NCBI GenBank assembly: GCA_052146895.1
Contig: JBKQLZ010000240.1
Span: 1-54,859, forward strand
Reading direction: 5' to 3'
Length of the DNA: 54,859 nucleotides
DNA from: Acidimicrobiales bacterium
GTDB lineage: Bacteria; Actinomycetota; Acidimicrobiia; Acidimicrobiales; Bog-793
Shown in pieces: positions 21,520-30,093 of the stretch. The notes under the pieces are model-generated. The model searched no databases. It worked only from the letters and a program-made list of their open reading frames with translations, and was not told the DNA's origin. A program made the translations under genes and the position numbers. Every line of letters starts with the position of its first letter. Position 1 is the first letter of the stretch.

Positions 21520-22797
21520 ATGGCTTGGGATTTCTCCACGGAGCCGGAATTCCAAGAGCAGCTCGACTGGGTCGAGCAGTTCTGCCGGGAGGAGATCGAG
21601 CCCCTCGAGCTCGTCTTCCCGTTCGCTGTCTACATGCGCGATCCGAAGATGAAGGCCCTCGTCGACCCGCTCAAGGCCCAGGTCAAAGCGAAAGGCCTTT
21701 GGGCGATCTTTCTCGACAAAGAGCTCGGCGGGCCAGGTCTCGGGCAGCTCAAGCTGGCACTCGTCAACGAGATACTCGGGCGCTACTCGATGGCTCCGGC
21801 GATCTTCGGCTGCCAGGCCCCCGACACCGGGAACATGGAGATCCTGGCCGCCTACGGGACCGAGGAGCAGAAGGAGCGCTGGCTCTACCCCTTGATGAAC
21901 CAGGAGATCTTCTCGGCGTACTCCATGACAGAGCCGCAGGGAGGGTCCGACCCCAACCTGTTCAAGACGACTGCCGTGCGCGACGGCGACCAGTGGGTCA
22001 TCAACGGCGAGAAGTGGTTCACGAGCAACGGCCGCAACGCCGACATCGTCGTCGTGATGTGCACCAACGGCATGTTCATCGTCCCGCGGGAGACGCCCGG
22101 TGTCGAGGTGCTCCCGTTCCCGAACACGCACAACCACATCCGCTACACCGAGGTGCGCGTGCCCCTGGATCACCTGCTCGGACCGGAGGACGGAGCAAAG
22201 GTCCTCGCGCAGCGCCGGCTCGGCGGCGGGCGCATCCATCACGCCATGCGTGCGATCGCTCAGTGCAAGAGGGCTTACGACATGATGTGCGAGCGAGCGC
22301 TCAGCCGGGAGTCGCACGGCAAGGTCATCGCCGAGCACCAGATGGTGCAAGGCGCCATCGCCGACTCCTACGCCGAGATCAACATGCTCCGGCTGCTTGT
22401 GCTCTGGACCGCCTGGACGATCGACAACTCGAGCACTCAGGAGTCAAGGACCCAGATCGCCGCGTGCAAGTACACCGCCGCCAAGGTGCTGAAGGACGTC
22501 GCGTATCGCGCGATTCACATCTACGGCTCCCTCGGCATGACGGACCTCACTCCGCTACATGCCATGTGGTCCGGTTCTCCCGCGATGAGCGTGATGGACG
22601 GCGTCGACGAAGTCCACAAGGTCACTGTCGCCCGCAACGTGCTGAAGGACTACCGGCCGCACGAAGGGCTCTGGCCGACCGAGTACTTCCCGGCCAAGCG
22701 AGAGGAAGCTCGGAAGAAGTTCGCCGACGCGTTCGCCAGCGACCCTGACCTCGTCAAGTACGCGGACTTCATGGCGCGCCGCGCCGGCGGGCACTAG
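21520..22797 (+). CDS. Acyl-CoA dehydrogenase family protein
   Basis: The N-terminus MAWDFSTEPEFQEQLDWVEQFCREEI, plus YSMTEPQGGSDP and IYGSLGMT, match the ACAD fold. Confidence 0.92.
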   Translation: MAWDFSTEPEFQEQLDWVEQFCREEIEPLELVFPFAVYMRDPKMKALVDPLKAQVKAKGLWAIFLDKELGGPGLGQLKLALVNEILGRYSMAPAIFGCQAPDTGNMEILAAYGTEEQKERWLYPLMNQEIFSAYSMTEPQGGSDPNLFKTTAVRDGDQWVINGEKWFTSNGRNADIVVVMCTNGMFIVPRETPGVEVLPFPNTHNHIRYTEVRVPLDHLLGPEDGAKVLAQRRLGGGRIHHAMRAIAQCKRAYDMMCERALSRESHGKVIAEHQMVQGAIADSYAEINMLRLLVLWTAWTIDNSSTQESRTQIAACKYTAAKVLKDVAYRAIHIYGSLGMTDLTPLHAMWSGSPAMSVMDGVDEVHKVTVARNVLKDYRPHEGLWPTEYFPAKREEARKKFADAFASDPDLVKYADFMARRAGGH

Positions 22798-22811
22798 GAG
22801 CCAGGGCTTTC

Positions 22812-23621
22812 ATGGACGTCAAGAATCGAGTTGTCGTAGTGACGGGAGGCGCGAGCGGGATCGGTCGCGCTCTTTGCCATGCGTTCGCCGAACGAGGCGC
22901 GGGCGGCATCGTGGTGGCCGACCTGGACGGGGCTGGGGCCGAGCTTGTCGCTGCAGAGTTGAGTGCGGAAGGATCGCCCTCCCTGGCAGTGAGAACCGAC
23001 GTCGCGGTAGAGGAGGACGTCATCGCGCTCGTGCTGGCCGCGGAGCAAGCATTCGGCCCGGTCGAGGTCTTCTGCGCAAACGCCGGCATCATCGCCCTCG
23101 GCGGCGTCGAGGTGCCCGACGAGACGTGGGACCGCATCTGGGCCGTGAACGTGATGAGCCACATCTACTCGGCACGGGCCGTGCTCCCAGGCATGCTCGA
23201 GCGCAAGGAGGGCTACCTCGTTCACACCGCATCCGCCGCCGGCCTGCTCACCCAGCTCGGCTCTGCGCCGTACAGCGTGACCAAGCACGCGGCCGTCGCA
23301 TTGGCAGAGTGGCTCTCGATCACCCACGGCGATGCGGGGGTGCGCGTCTCGTGCCTCTGCCCGCAGGGCGTCTGGACGAACATGACGGGAGCGGCCGCCC
23401 GCGACCACGGCGAGGTGACCGCTTCAACCGCAGGGCGGGACGGGATGCTGGAACCCGAGGTCGTTGCAGACGCAGTGCTCGACGCGATCGCCGAGGAACG
23501 CTTCCTCGTCCTCCCCCACCCCGAGGTGGCCACGTACGAGCTGCGGCGAGCGGGAGACCGGGAACGGTGGCTCCGCGGGATGCGAAAGGTCCAGTCGCAG
23601 ATCTCGGGCTACATCCCGTGA
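22812..23621 (+). CDS. SDR family oxidoreductase
   Basis: VVTGGASGIGRAL, CANAG and YSVTK (YxxxK) motifs. Confidence 0.9.
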   Translation: MDVKNRVVVVTGGASGIGRALCHAFAERGAGGIVVADLDGAGAELVAAELSAEGSPSLAVRTDVAVEEDVIALVLAAEQAFGPVEVFCANAGIIALGGVEVPDETWDRIWAVNVMSHIYSARAVLPGMLERKEGYLVHTASAAGLLTQLGSAPYSVTKHAAVALAEWLSITHGDAGVRVSCLCPQGVWTNMTGAAARDHGEVTASTAGRDGMLEPEVVADAVLDAIAEERFLVLPHPEVATYELRRAGDRERWLRGMRKVQSQISGYIP

Positions 23622-24679
23622 CCGAAGCTGTGCCCGAAGGGATCGACGTTCCCCGGGTGGCGGAGTGGCTGGTGCGGGAGATAGATGGGGTTGTGGGGCC
23701 GTTCAGTTTCGATCTGATTGCCGGCGGGCACTCGAATCTGACGTTCTCGGTGACCGATGCGGCGGGCAGGCGGATCGTTCTGAGGCGTCCGCCGATCAGC
23801 CACGTGCTCTCGACCGCGCACGACATGGGACGCGAGCACCGCATCATCTCAGCCCTTCGGAGCACGGCGGTGCCGGTGGCTGAGGCGCTCGGGTTCTGCG
23901 GGGACGCCTCGGTCAACGGCGCCCCCTTTTACGTCATGGACTTCGTCGAAGGCCACATCCTGCGCGACAGCCGGTCGACCGAGCTGATCCTCACCGAGGA
24001 ACTGAGGCGTGCGACCGGTGACGATCTCGTCGACGTGCTCGTGGCCATCCATGAAGTCGACGTCGACGAGGTGGGACTCGGTGATCTCGGAAGGCGCGAG
24101 GCATATGTCGAGCGCCAACTCAAGCGATGGAACGGCCAGTTCCAGAAGTCACAAGCCCAAGAGCTCGAAGGAGGCTTCGGGAGACCGGCCCCGCTCGTGA
24201 GCGAGGTGTACGACACCCTCGTCGAGCGCATGCCCCCGCAACGGGCGAGTGCGATAGTGCACGGTGACTACCGGCTCGACAACACGATGATCGGAGACGA
24301 CGGCCGAGTCCGGGCGGTCCTCGACTGGGAGCTCTGCACGCTCGGGGAGCCCTTGGCGGATCTCGGCACGCTTCACATGTACTGGTCGGATCGCGCCGAT
24401 AGCGCAGATCTACCTGTCCTCCCTACTACCGCGCTACCGGGTTTCTCGACCCGCGAGGAGCTGGTGGAGCGCTACGGGTCTCGGTCGGGCCGCGATGTCT
24501 CAGATCTTCCCTACTATGTGGCGTTCGCACACTGGCGACTGGCCTGCATCATCGAGGGCGTCTATGTGAGGTACGCCGCCGGTGCGATGGGGGGCGATGT
24601 GGTGGCGGCGGACGGCTTTGCCGAGATGGTGATCCACCAGGCCGAGCTCGCCCGCCGAGCGCTCGCGGCGCTCAGTTGA
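23618..24679 (+). CDS. Phosphotransferase family protein (APH/choline-kinase fold, ACAD-associated type)
   Basis: The GTG at 23618 overlaps the SDR stop (GTGA). VHGDYRLDNTMI is the HxDxxxxN catalytic loop, followed by LDWELCTLGEPLADL. The N-terminal half of track ORF 22874..24679 is a shadow. Confidence 0.88.
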   Translation: MTEAVPEGIDVPRVAEWLVREIDGVVGPFSFDLIAGGHSNLTFSVTDAAGRRIVLRRPPISHVLSTAHDMGREHRIISALRSTAVPVAEALGFCGDASVNGAPFYVMDFVEGHILRDSRSTELILTEELRRATGDDLVDVLVAIHEVDVDEVGLGDLGRREAYVERQLKRWNGQFQKSQAQELEGGFGRPAPLVSEVYDTLVERMPPQRASAIVHGDYRLDNTMIGDDGRVRAVLDWELCTLGEPLADLGTLHMYWSDRADSADLPVLPTTALPGFSTREELVERYGSRSGRDVSDLPYYVAFAHWRLACIIEGVYVRYAAGAMGGDVVAADGFAEMVIHQAELARRALAALS

Positions 24680-25764
24680 ACCACGAGAGCGGCGGGCTCT
24701 GGCGCCACGACGCCACGACTCGCCACGCAGCCGCAAGGGAGCGCAAGCGCCACCGGGACAGGGGCGGTCGGTACCACGCGCCCATCCATTGCACCGAGCA
24801 CACCGTTGACCTGGAAGCGCTACGACGGTACGTCGACGACGGCAAACCGTCGGGCGAGCAAGCCACCTTGGAGGCCATCCGGCAAGGTGAGTGTCCGGCG
24901 TGCCGTCCGAGATACGTTGCGGGCACGCCCGCCGACATCGGGCAACACCCGGACGGTCTCGTCGACAGCGTCCACTGCCCGTGCTGTGGAACGACCTGGG
25001 AGCGCACGGCGACGGGATGGCTTGCCTCCGTCGTGGGGACCCTGCAGATCACGGGCGAATCGCGTCCGATCCCCGCCGGGATGACGATCGATAGCTCGTG
25101 GTTCGTCGTCGAAGCCATCGATCCGGTTGCGGGACCCGAGCAAGCGCTGCGAACCGAATTCGCGGCTTTCGACGCGTTACGTCCTCATCCCGCGATCGAC
25201 GACCTCGTCGAGGACACCGTCGAGGCCGTGCTCGCTGTGTACCGCGGCAGGGCCGACCGCTACGCCGAGCTCACGCGGATCAAGGACGAGCACGGGCTCG
25301 GCGACGCCGAAGCGGAGAGCTTGCAATCAGTCGCCTTCGCCGCGCTGGCGGTTCTTCAAGACCTGCTGATCTCACGGTCGCCAGTCGAATCATGGTGCTC
25401 TCATCCCGGACCCAGTGTCGAAGTGAGCCGGGAGCGCTTCGAGCAGCTCGTGGCTCAGGGACTCGACTCCATACCGGGCGAGCTTGCCTCTCTGATGGAG
25501 AACGTCGCGGTCGTGGTCGAGAACGAGGCAGCGAACATGCCCAATTCCGCGCACCTGTTTGGTCTCTATCAGGGTGTGCCACTCACCGGTCGCCGTGGCT
25601 ACGGCGGGACTGTTCCCGACCGCATAACGATCTACCAGCGCCCTATTTCACGGCACTGCCGGACTGAAGCCGAGATTGCAGACCAGGTGCGGCGCACCGT
25701 TATCCACGAAGTCGGCCATCACTTCGGGATCAGTGACGCGCGCCTGCGGGAGCTTGGATGGTGA
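24676..25764 (+). CDS. Zincin_1-type metallopeptidase family protein with a ~240-aa N-terminal extension carrying a Cys-rich (zinc-ribbon-like) segment
   Basis: The C-terminal ~120 aa (VEVSRERFEQLV...NVAVVVENEA...LFGLYQGVPL...IHEVGHHFGISDARLRELGW) look like the small HExxH family. The upstream part stays open in the same frame with GC-rich third positions and contains CPAC-x27-CPCC. The start is uncertain: TTG 24676 overlaps the previous stop, and ATG 25081 or GTG ~25429 are alternatives. Confidence 0.7.
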   Translation: MNHESGGLWRHDATTRHAAARERKRHRDRGGRYHAPIHCTEHTVDLEALRRYVDDGKPSGEQATLEAIRQGECPACRPRYVAGTPADIGQHPDGLVDSVHCPCCGTTWERTATGWLASVVGTLQITGESRPIPAGMTIDSSWFVVEAIDPVAGPEQALRTEFAAFDALRPHPAIDDLVEDTVEAVLAVYRGRADRYAELTRIKDEHGLGDAEAESLQSVAFAALAVLQDLLISRSPVESWCSHPGPSVEVSRERFEQLVAQGLDSIPGELASLMENVAVVVENEAANMPNSAHLFGLYQGVPLTGRRGYGGTVPDRITIYQRPISRHCRTEAEIADQVRRTVIHEVGHHFGISDARLRELGW

Positions 25765-25835
25765 GGCGGCTGCACAGATCGCCGAGGCTGAACCGAGCCT
25801 GCGCAGCTCGACGCGTGCCACGGCATCATGGGTGC

Positions 25836-26207
25836 ATGGAGACAGCCCGCCCAGGCCCCCACAACATCAAGGATGTTCTCGCGACGGTGACGGAGATGTG
25901 GTCGCCAAGAACAATCGCGGTCGTCAACGACTACGACGTTCGTGTCGTCAAGGTGCAGGGTGAATTCACCCGGCACAGCCACCCTGACACCGACGAGTTC
26001 TTCCTCGTGCTGAGCGGATCGCTCACGATCCGGACGGACTCCGGCGACGTGCACCTTGAGGTAGGTGACACGTTCGTTGTCCCGCGCGGCGTTCCTCATC
26101 AACCGCAGGCAGAACTCGAGACAACAGTGCTTCTCCTCGAGCCGAGTGTGACCGTGAACACCGGCGACACACCGAGCGATCTGACCGCCGAACGCCGCCC
26201 GATCTGA
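25836..26207 (+). CDS. Cupin domain protein
   Basis: FTRHSHPDTDEFFLVLSG and GDTFVVPRGVPH are the two cupin motifs. Trimmed to ATG 25836. Confidence 0.85.
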   Translation: METARPGPHNIKDVLATVTEMWSPRTIAVVNDYDVRVVKVQGEFTRHSHPDTDEFFLVLSGSLTIRTDSGDVHLEVGDTFVVPRGVPHQPQAELETTVLLLEPSVTVNTGDTPSDLTAERRPI

Positions 26208-26307
26208 ACGCGCACGGACGGTGCCTCAGATCGGCAAGACTGTCGAACCGGTGACGATGCAGCGGTGCCTCGATCACTCAGATCAAGAAAGGTGGACCGG
26301 AGACCAC

Positions 26308-27384
26308 ATGAGCAGAGACAATGGGCTCACTGACGGACAGGCTCGCGCCAGGCGCACCAGCGGCAGGCGCGTCTGGCTCCAGCTGATCGCCTCTTTCGGC
26401 ATCGCTGCAGCCGCCATCGTGCCGATCGCGACCGCCAATGCGTCCACGCGAACGACCGATGAGATTCACACCGGGTCGTCGCTCGTCGGGGGTCAGCAGT
26501 TGGTGTCCAGCAACGGCGTGTACCACCTATATATGCAGCGTGACGGCAACTTTGTTCTCTACGCGAATGGCAAGGCCACGTGGTGGACGAACACCGGGCA
26601 CCACCCTGGCGCAGTCATCGACTTTCAGCGCGACGGCAACCTCGTGATCTACTTCGACCACCGAGCGTTATGGGCGAGCGGCACGTGGCGGGACGGCGGC
26701 GCCGGGAATTACCTGGTCGTGCAGGACGACGGGAACGTGGTGATCTACAACGGAGCGAACAAGGTCCTGTGGTTCACCAAGCATCCGCCCACCTTGCAAC
26801 TCGGGGACAAGGGCGCTGCGGTTCTGGGGCTCCAGAGGCGGCTCATCCAACTCCACTACTGGGTGGGGTCTCCTCCCGGCGGTTATTTCGGGGATGCCAC
26901 GCAACAGGCCGTCTGGGCGCTTCAGAAGGCCGCCGGGCTGCCGCGTGACGGCGTCGTCGGGCCAGCGACGTGGAATGCCCTGAACAAGGGTGTCGAGCCG
27001 AAGATCCGCCCGGCATCAGGCAACCTGATCGAGGTCAACCTCGGCGACGACCTGCTGATGATCATTCGCCAGGGCAAGCTCTGGGCCACCCTCAACACCT
27101 CGACCGGCGGCGGCTACACCTACACCGACAAGGGCGTCACCTCGGTTGCAATCACGCCGCAGGGTGTGTTCAACACCTTTGCCGCAATCGACGGGATCGA
27201 CGTGGACTCGCTCGGCACGCTCTGGAGGCCGAGGTTCTTCACCGGAGGCTATGACATCCACGGGGACAGCTACGTACCCCCGTATCCGGTCTCCCACGGT
27301 TGCGTCCGCGTAAGCAACGAGGCGATCAACTGGATCTGGGCGGACAACATCGACCCCATCGGCACGGAGGTCTGGGTCTACTGA
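26308..27384 (+). CDS. Secreted bulb-type lectin + PG_binding_1 + YkuD L,D-transpeptidase fusion protein
   Basis: Signal peptide ...IVPIATANA. Three QxDxNxVxY motifs (QRDGNFVLY, QRDGNLVIY, QDDGNVVIY). PG-binding repeat LGDKGAAVLGLQRRL...GLPRDGVVGPATWNAL. YkuD catalytic HGDS...SHGCVRV. Confidence 0.88.
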   Translation: MSRDNGLTDGQARARRTSGRRVWLQLIASFGIAAAAIVPIATANASTRTTDEIHTGSSLVGGQQLVSSNGVYHLYMQRDGNFVLYANGKATWWTNTGHHPGAVIDFQRDGNLVIYFDHRALWASGTWRDGGAGNYLVVQDDGNVVIYNGANKVLWFTKHPPTLQLGDKGAAVLGLQRRLIQLHYWVGSPPGGYFGDATQQAVWALQKAAGLPRDGVVGPATWNALNKGVEPKIRPASGNLIEVNLGDDLLMIIRQGKLWATLNTSTGGGYTYTDKGVTSVAITPQGVFNTFAAIDGIDVDSLGTLWRPRFFTGGYDIHGDSYVPPYPVSHGCVRVSNEAINWIWADNIDPIGTEVWVY

Positions 27385-27426
27385 CCCGTCCGGGCCCAGC
27401 GCCCGCGAGCTGTGACGTTCCTAGCG

Positions 27427-29115
27427 TCAGGGAGAAGATGAGGACGACGAGCCAGTCGTCGTAGACCCGAACGAGAACCCTGAGCTTCCGGACACGCCGG
27501 ACACGCCGGACACGCCGGACGCTCCGGACGCTCCGGACACGCCGGAGAAGCCGGTGCCCGATGGGTGGTCTGCCTTCGTCAGCGTCGAGGCATTGCAGGC
27601 CGAAGCCGCCACATGACGGTTCTCGAAGTAGTAGATGCCGGGCTTGGTCGCGATTCCGAGAACTGGCGTCGTCTCGGTCGCGGTGAGGTCGAGCACCCCC
27701 CAGCAGTCGCGCGTCCCGGGAGCGAACGCAGTCATTGTCATTGACGCGCCGGCGTTCCCGACACTGACGCTCAGGGTGCGCGCGTTCCTAGAAGGAGCAT
27801 CCGTGACGAACCTCAGGCCGGTGTCGAGGCCATAGAGCGAGTTCGACGACGCGTGGTTGAGGAGGTCTGCAAACGACAGGCTGTCACTCGAATAGGAGGT
27901 GAGAGCCCCCGTCAGACCCGTCTCGAGATTCGACTGCACCGCAATAGAGTTGCTGTCCCCGACTTTGACCTCGTCGTTCACGAACCAGTGTGCGAACGCT
28001 CTGATGTCGGCGATCGTGATCATCGTCGCTCCGCTCGGAGCCGCGAGCCCGACGTTCGGATGGCTGATGCCGACCGAGACCGTGGTCCCGTGATAGGAGA
28101 CCGCCACTTTGATCAAAGTGCCGTTGTCGATCCACAGCTGAACAGGTATGGAGAGGCTCGCCGGGATCTCGTCGATCGCCTTGCGCAAAGTTGGCACCAG
28201 GTGCTCGGCGGAGGGGACGGACTTCTCGAGTTGAGACTCGAGGTCCGCCAAGAAGGTGCCTAGGAAGTCGCGCACCGGCAGTGACACGGAGTACTCGGTG
28301 ACCCCGCTCGTCGTCGAGACGACGTGGGTGCTCTCCCATGCGTCCCAGGCCTGCGCGAAGGACAAGGCGAAGGCGGACCGCAGCGCGGACTCGTTGATGC
28401 CCGGTGCCGCCGGGTGGGGATCGAGGCGCTTCGCGTACTGCTCGACGGCGCTCTCCTCTATTCCGATCCAGCCGCCGCTCACGACCGTGTGGAGCCATGC
28501 GAGCGCCGGCCTCTTGTTGGCCGCCCGGGTGAGCGTGGACGCGAGGTCAGGCCCTGAGACCGAATCGCTGGCGGGCTCTGAGCTTTGGTCGAGTTGATCG
28601 ATGGCGGTCGTGTTCAGGCGGAGATAGAAGGCACCGTCGGCGAGGAGCACGTCACCGAGGTCCGTCGTGCCGTGCAGCAGCGACACCTCGAACGCGTCCG
28701 AGGATCCCTGTGCCGAGACGGGCCCTCCGGTCGGGTTCGTGATCTCGACGACGACTGAATAACTCCCGAGACCCTGCGAACCGAGGCCGCTAGGGCCTGG
28801 ACCTTGCGACGCGACGCTCGCCGAGAAGGCAAAACGAACCGACGATTGCGCGAACACGCCAGACACCGCAGCCGACACCGTCTGCGCCTGTTCCAGCGAC
28901 AGCGGGATCGCCACTGCCGCGGTGACGAGCAGTAGCACTGCGCCGGCGACGACGTAACGCCTGCGCCGTCTGCGAGCCGGCGGCGCAGCTTTCAGGATCA
29001 GCTCGTCGTCATCACTTGTGACCCCGGGCGGGACGCTCAGGGTCTGGCCGTCATCGAGGTCCGCCAGAAGCGGTGCGACGAGCTCTGGAACCTCAGGCGG
29101 GTCGAAATCGGTCAC
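27427..29115 (-). CDS. Membrane-anchored exported protein of unknown function with a Gly/Ser-repeat C-terminus
   Basis: 562 aa with an acidic N-terminus, then RRRRRRY and a single TM (VVAGAVLLLVTAAVAIPL). I recognise no confident family for the exported part. The long ORF has a clean coding pattern and is convergent with the lectin-Ldt gene. Confidence 0.8.
   Translation of the reverse strand: MTDFDPPEVPELVAPLLADLDDGQTLSVPPGVTSDDDELILKAAPPARRRRRRYVVAGAVLLLVTAAVAIPLSLEQAQTVSAAVSGVFAQSSVRFAFSASVASQGPGPSGLGSQGLGSYSVVVEITNPTGGPVSAQGSSDAFEVSLLHGTTDLGDVLLADGAFYLRLNTTAIDQLDQSSEPASDSVSGPDLASTLTRAANKRPALAWLHTVVSGGWIGIEESAVEQYAKRLDPHPAAPGINESALRSAFALSFAQAWDAWESTHVVSTTSGVTEYSVSLPVRDFLGTFLADLESQLEKSVPSAEHLVPTLRKAIDEIPASLSIPVQLWIDNGTLIKVAVSYHGTTVSVGISHPNVGLAAPSGATMITIADIRAFAHWFVNDEVKVGDSNSIAVQSNLETGLTGALTSYSSDSLSFADLLNHASSNSLYGLDTGLRFVTDAPSRNARTLSVSVGNAGASMTMTAFAPGTRDCWGVLDLTATETTPVLGIATKPGIYYFENRHVAASACNASTLTKADHPSGTGFSGVSGASGASGVSGVSGVSGSSGFSFGSTTTGSSSSSSP
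27488..27550. repeat. Seven tandem 9-bp units (CCGGACACG / CCGGACGCT variants) inside the 3' end of the 27427..29115 CDS
   Basis: Read directly as ccggacacg x3, ccggacgct x2, ccggacacg, ccggagaag. On the minus strand it encodes SGFSGVSGASGASGVSGVSGVSGSSG. Confidence 0.9.
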
Positions 29116-29271
29116 TTGTCTGCCCCCATCGCAGCCGGCAAATGAAGTCGGCTAGCTAGGTAATGATGCCACGCTCTGACCGCCAGGTAGCTGCCACCCG
29201 ATCGCCTACGGTACGAAACGCCCAGGTCGGCGGCGCCTTCGCTCAACGCGCGGCTTTCCCGGGCGCGCTCC

Positions 29272-30093
29272 TCAGGACGCGGCAACCCTCGGATGGTCGA
29301 GGAAATCGGAGATGGTCACGGCGCACTCGTCCGCACGGTCGATGAGGAGGAGGTGGCCCGCGCCCGGCACGATCTCGAGCTTTGCGTCCGGGATGCGTGC
29401 GGCAAGGATCCGGGCGTTGCGGGGCGGCACGATCGGGTCGGTGTCACCCGCGAGCACAAGGGTCCGACTCCTGATGCGATGAAGCCAGGGGAGGCTCGAC
29501 CATCCGGCGACCGCGACGAGCTGACTCAGGTACCCCCATGCGCTCGGGGGCCGCGCGTGACGAGCGTTGCTCTGGGCACGGCGGACCTCGTCGTCGGACC
29601 CTTCGCGGGGACCGTAGAGCACGTCAGCCGTCAGCCTGAGAAACGTCGGCGAGTAATAGCGCAACGGCGTCGCGAGGAGTGACATCGCGATCGGATTGCC
29701 GGGAAGGCCACCGATCCCGCACATCGTCGACGTGAGCACGAGCTGGCGGACCCTATGAGGATTCGTGAGGGTGAGCTCCTGGGCCACTGCTCCACCGAAC
29801 GAGACCCCGAGCACGTCCGCGGAAGGGTGTCCGAGCGCGTCGAGGAGGTGCGCGGCCTGTCGGGCCAGACCGGCCATGCGCTGCGGGACTAGGCGCGACG
29901 GTGAGTGGCCCGTGCCAGGAGCGTCGTAAGCAATTGTCTGTATCCCCCGGGCATTGAGCGCGCGCGAGAGAGGATCCCACATCTCGATGTTGCCGCCGAG
30001 CCCCATGATCAACAGCAACGGGGGACCCTCGCCGCGTACCGAGACCCGAATCAGTTGGCCGTCGACCCGTAGGAACGTAGATGGCCGCTTCAC
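29272..30093 (-). CDS. phaZ: Poly(3-hydroxyalkanoate) depolymerase, intracellular PhaZ type (alpha/beta hydrolase)
   Basis: It is collinear with Pseudomonas-type PhaZ as I recall it: LRVDGQLIRVSVRGEGPPLLLIMGLGGNIEMW, GVSFGGAVAQ, WGYLSQLVAVAGWSSLPWLHRIRSRTLVLAGDTDPIVP. The GTG at 30093 overlaps the phaC stop (GTGA). Confidence 0.85.
   Translation of the reverse strand: MKRPSTFLRVDGQLIRVSVRGEGPPLLLIMGLGGNIEMWDPLSRALNARGIQTIAYDAPGTGHSPSRLVPQRMAGLARQAAHLLDALGHPSADVLGVSFGGAVAQELTLTNPHRVRQLVLTSTMCGIGGLPGNPIAMSLLATPLRYYSPTFLRLTADVLYGPREGSDDEVRRAQSNARHARPPSAWGYLSQLVAVAGWSSLPWLHRIRSRTLVLAGDTDPIVPPRNARILAARIPDAKLEIVPGAGHLLLIDRADECAVTISDFLDHPRVAAS

Noticed and set aside
22874-23617. N-terminal extension of the 601-aa ORF, overlapping the SDR gene in another frame
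   Set aside because: The translation is an Arg/Gly-rich shadow. The kinase starts at the GTG 23618 that overlaps the SDR stop.
27488-27550. Tandem repeats here (and at 38663-38707) as possible CRISPR or other non-coding arrays
   Set aside because: The units are 9 and 15 bp, directly abutting with no spacers. They lie in frame inside long ORFs, so they are coding microsatellites.
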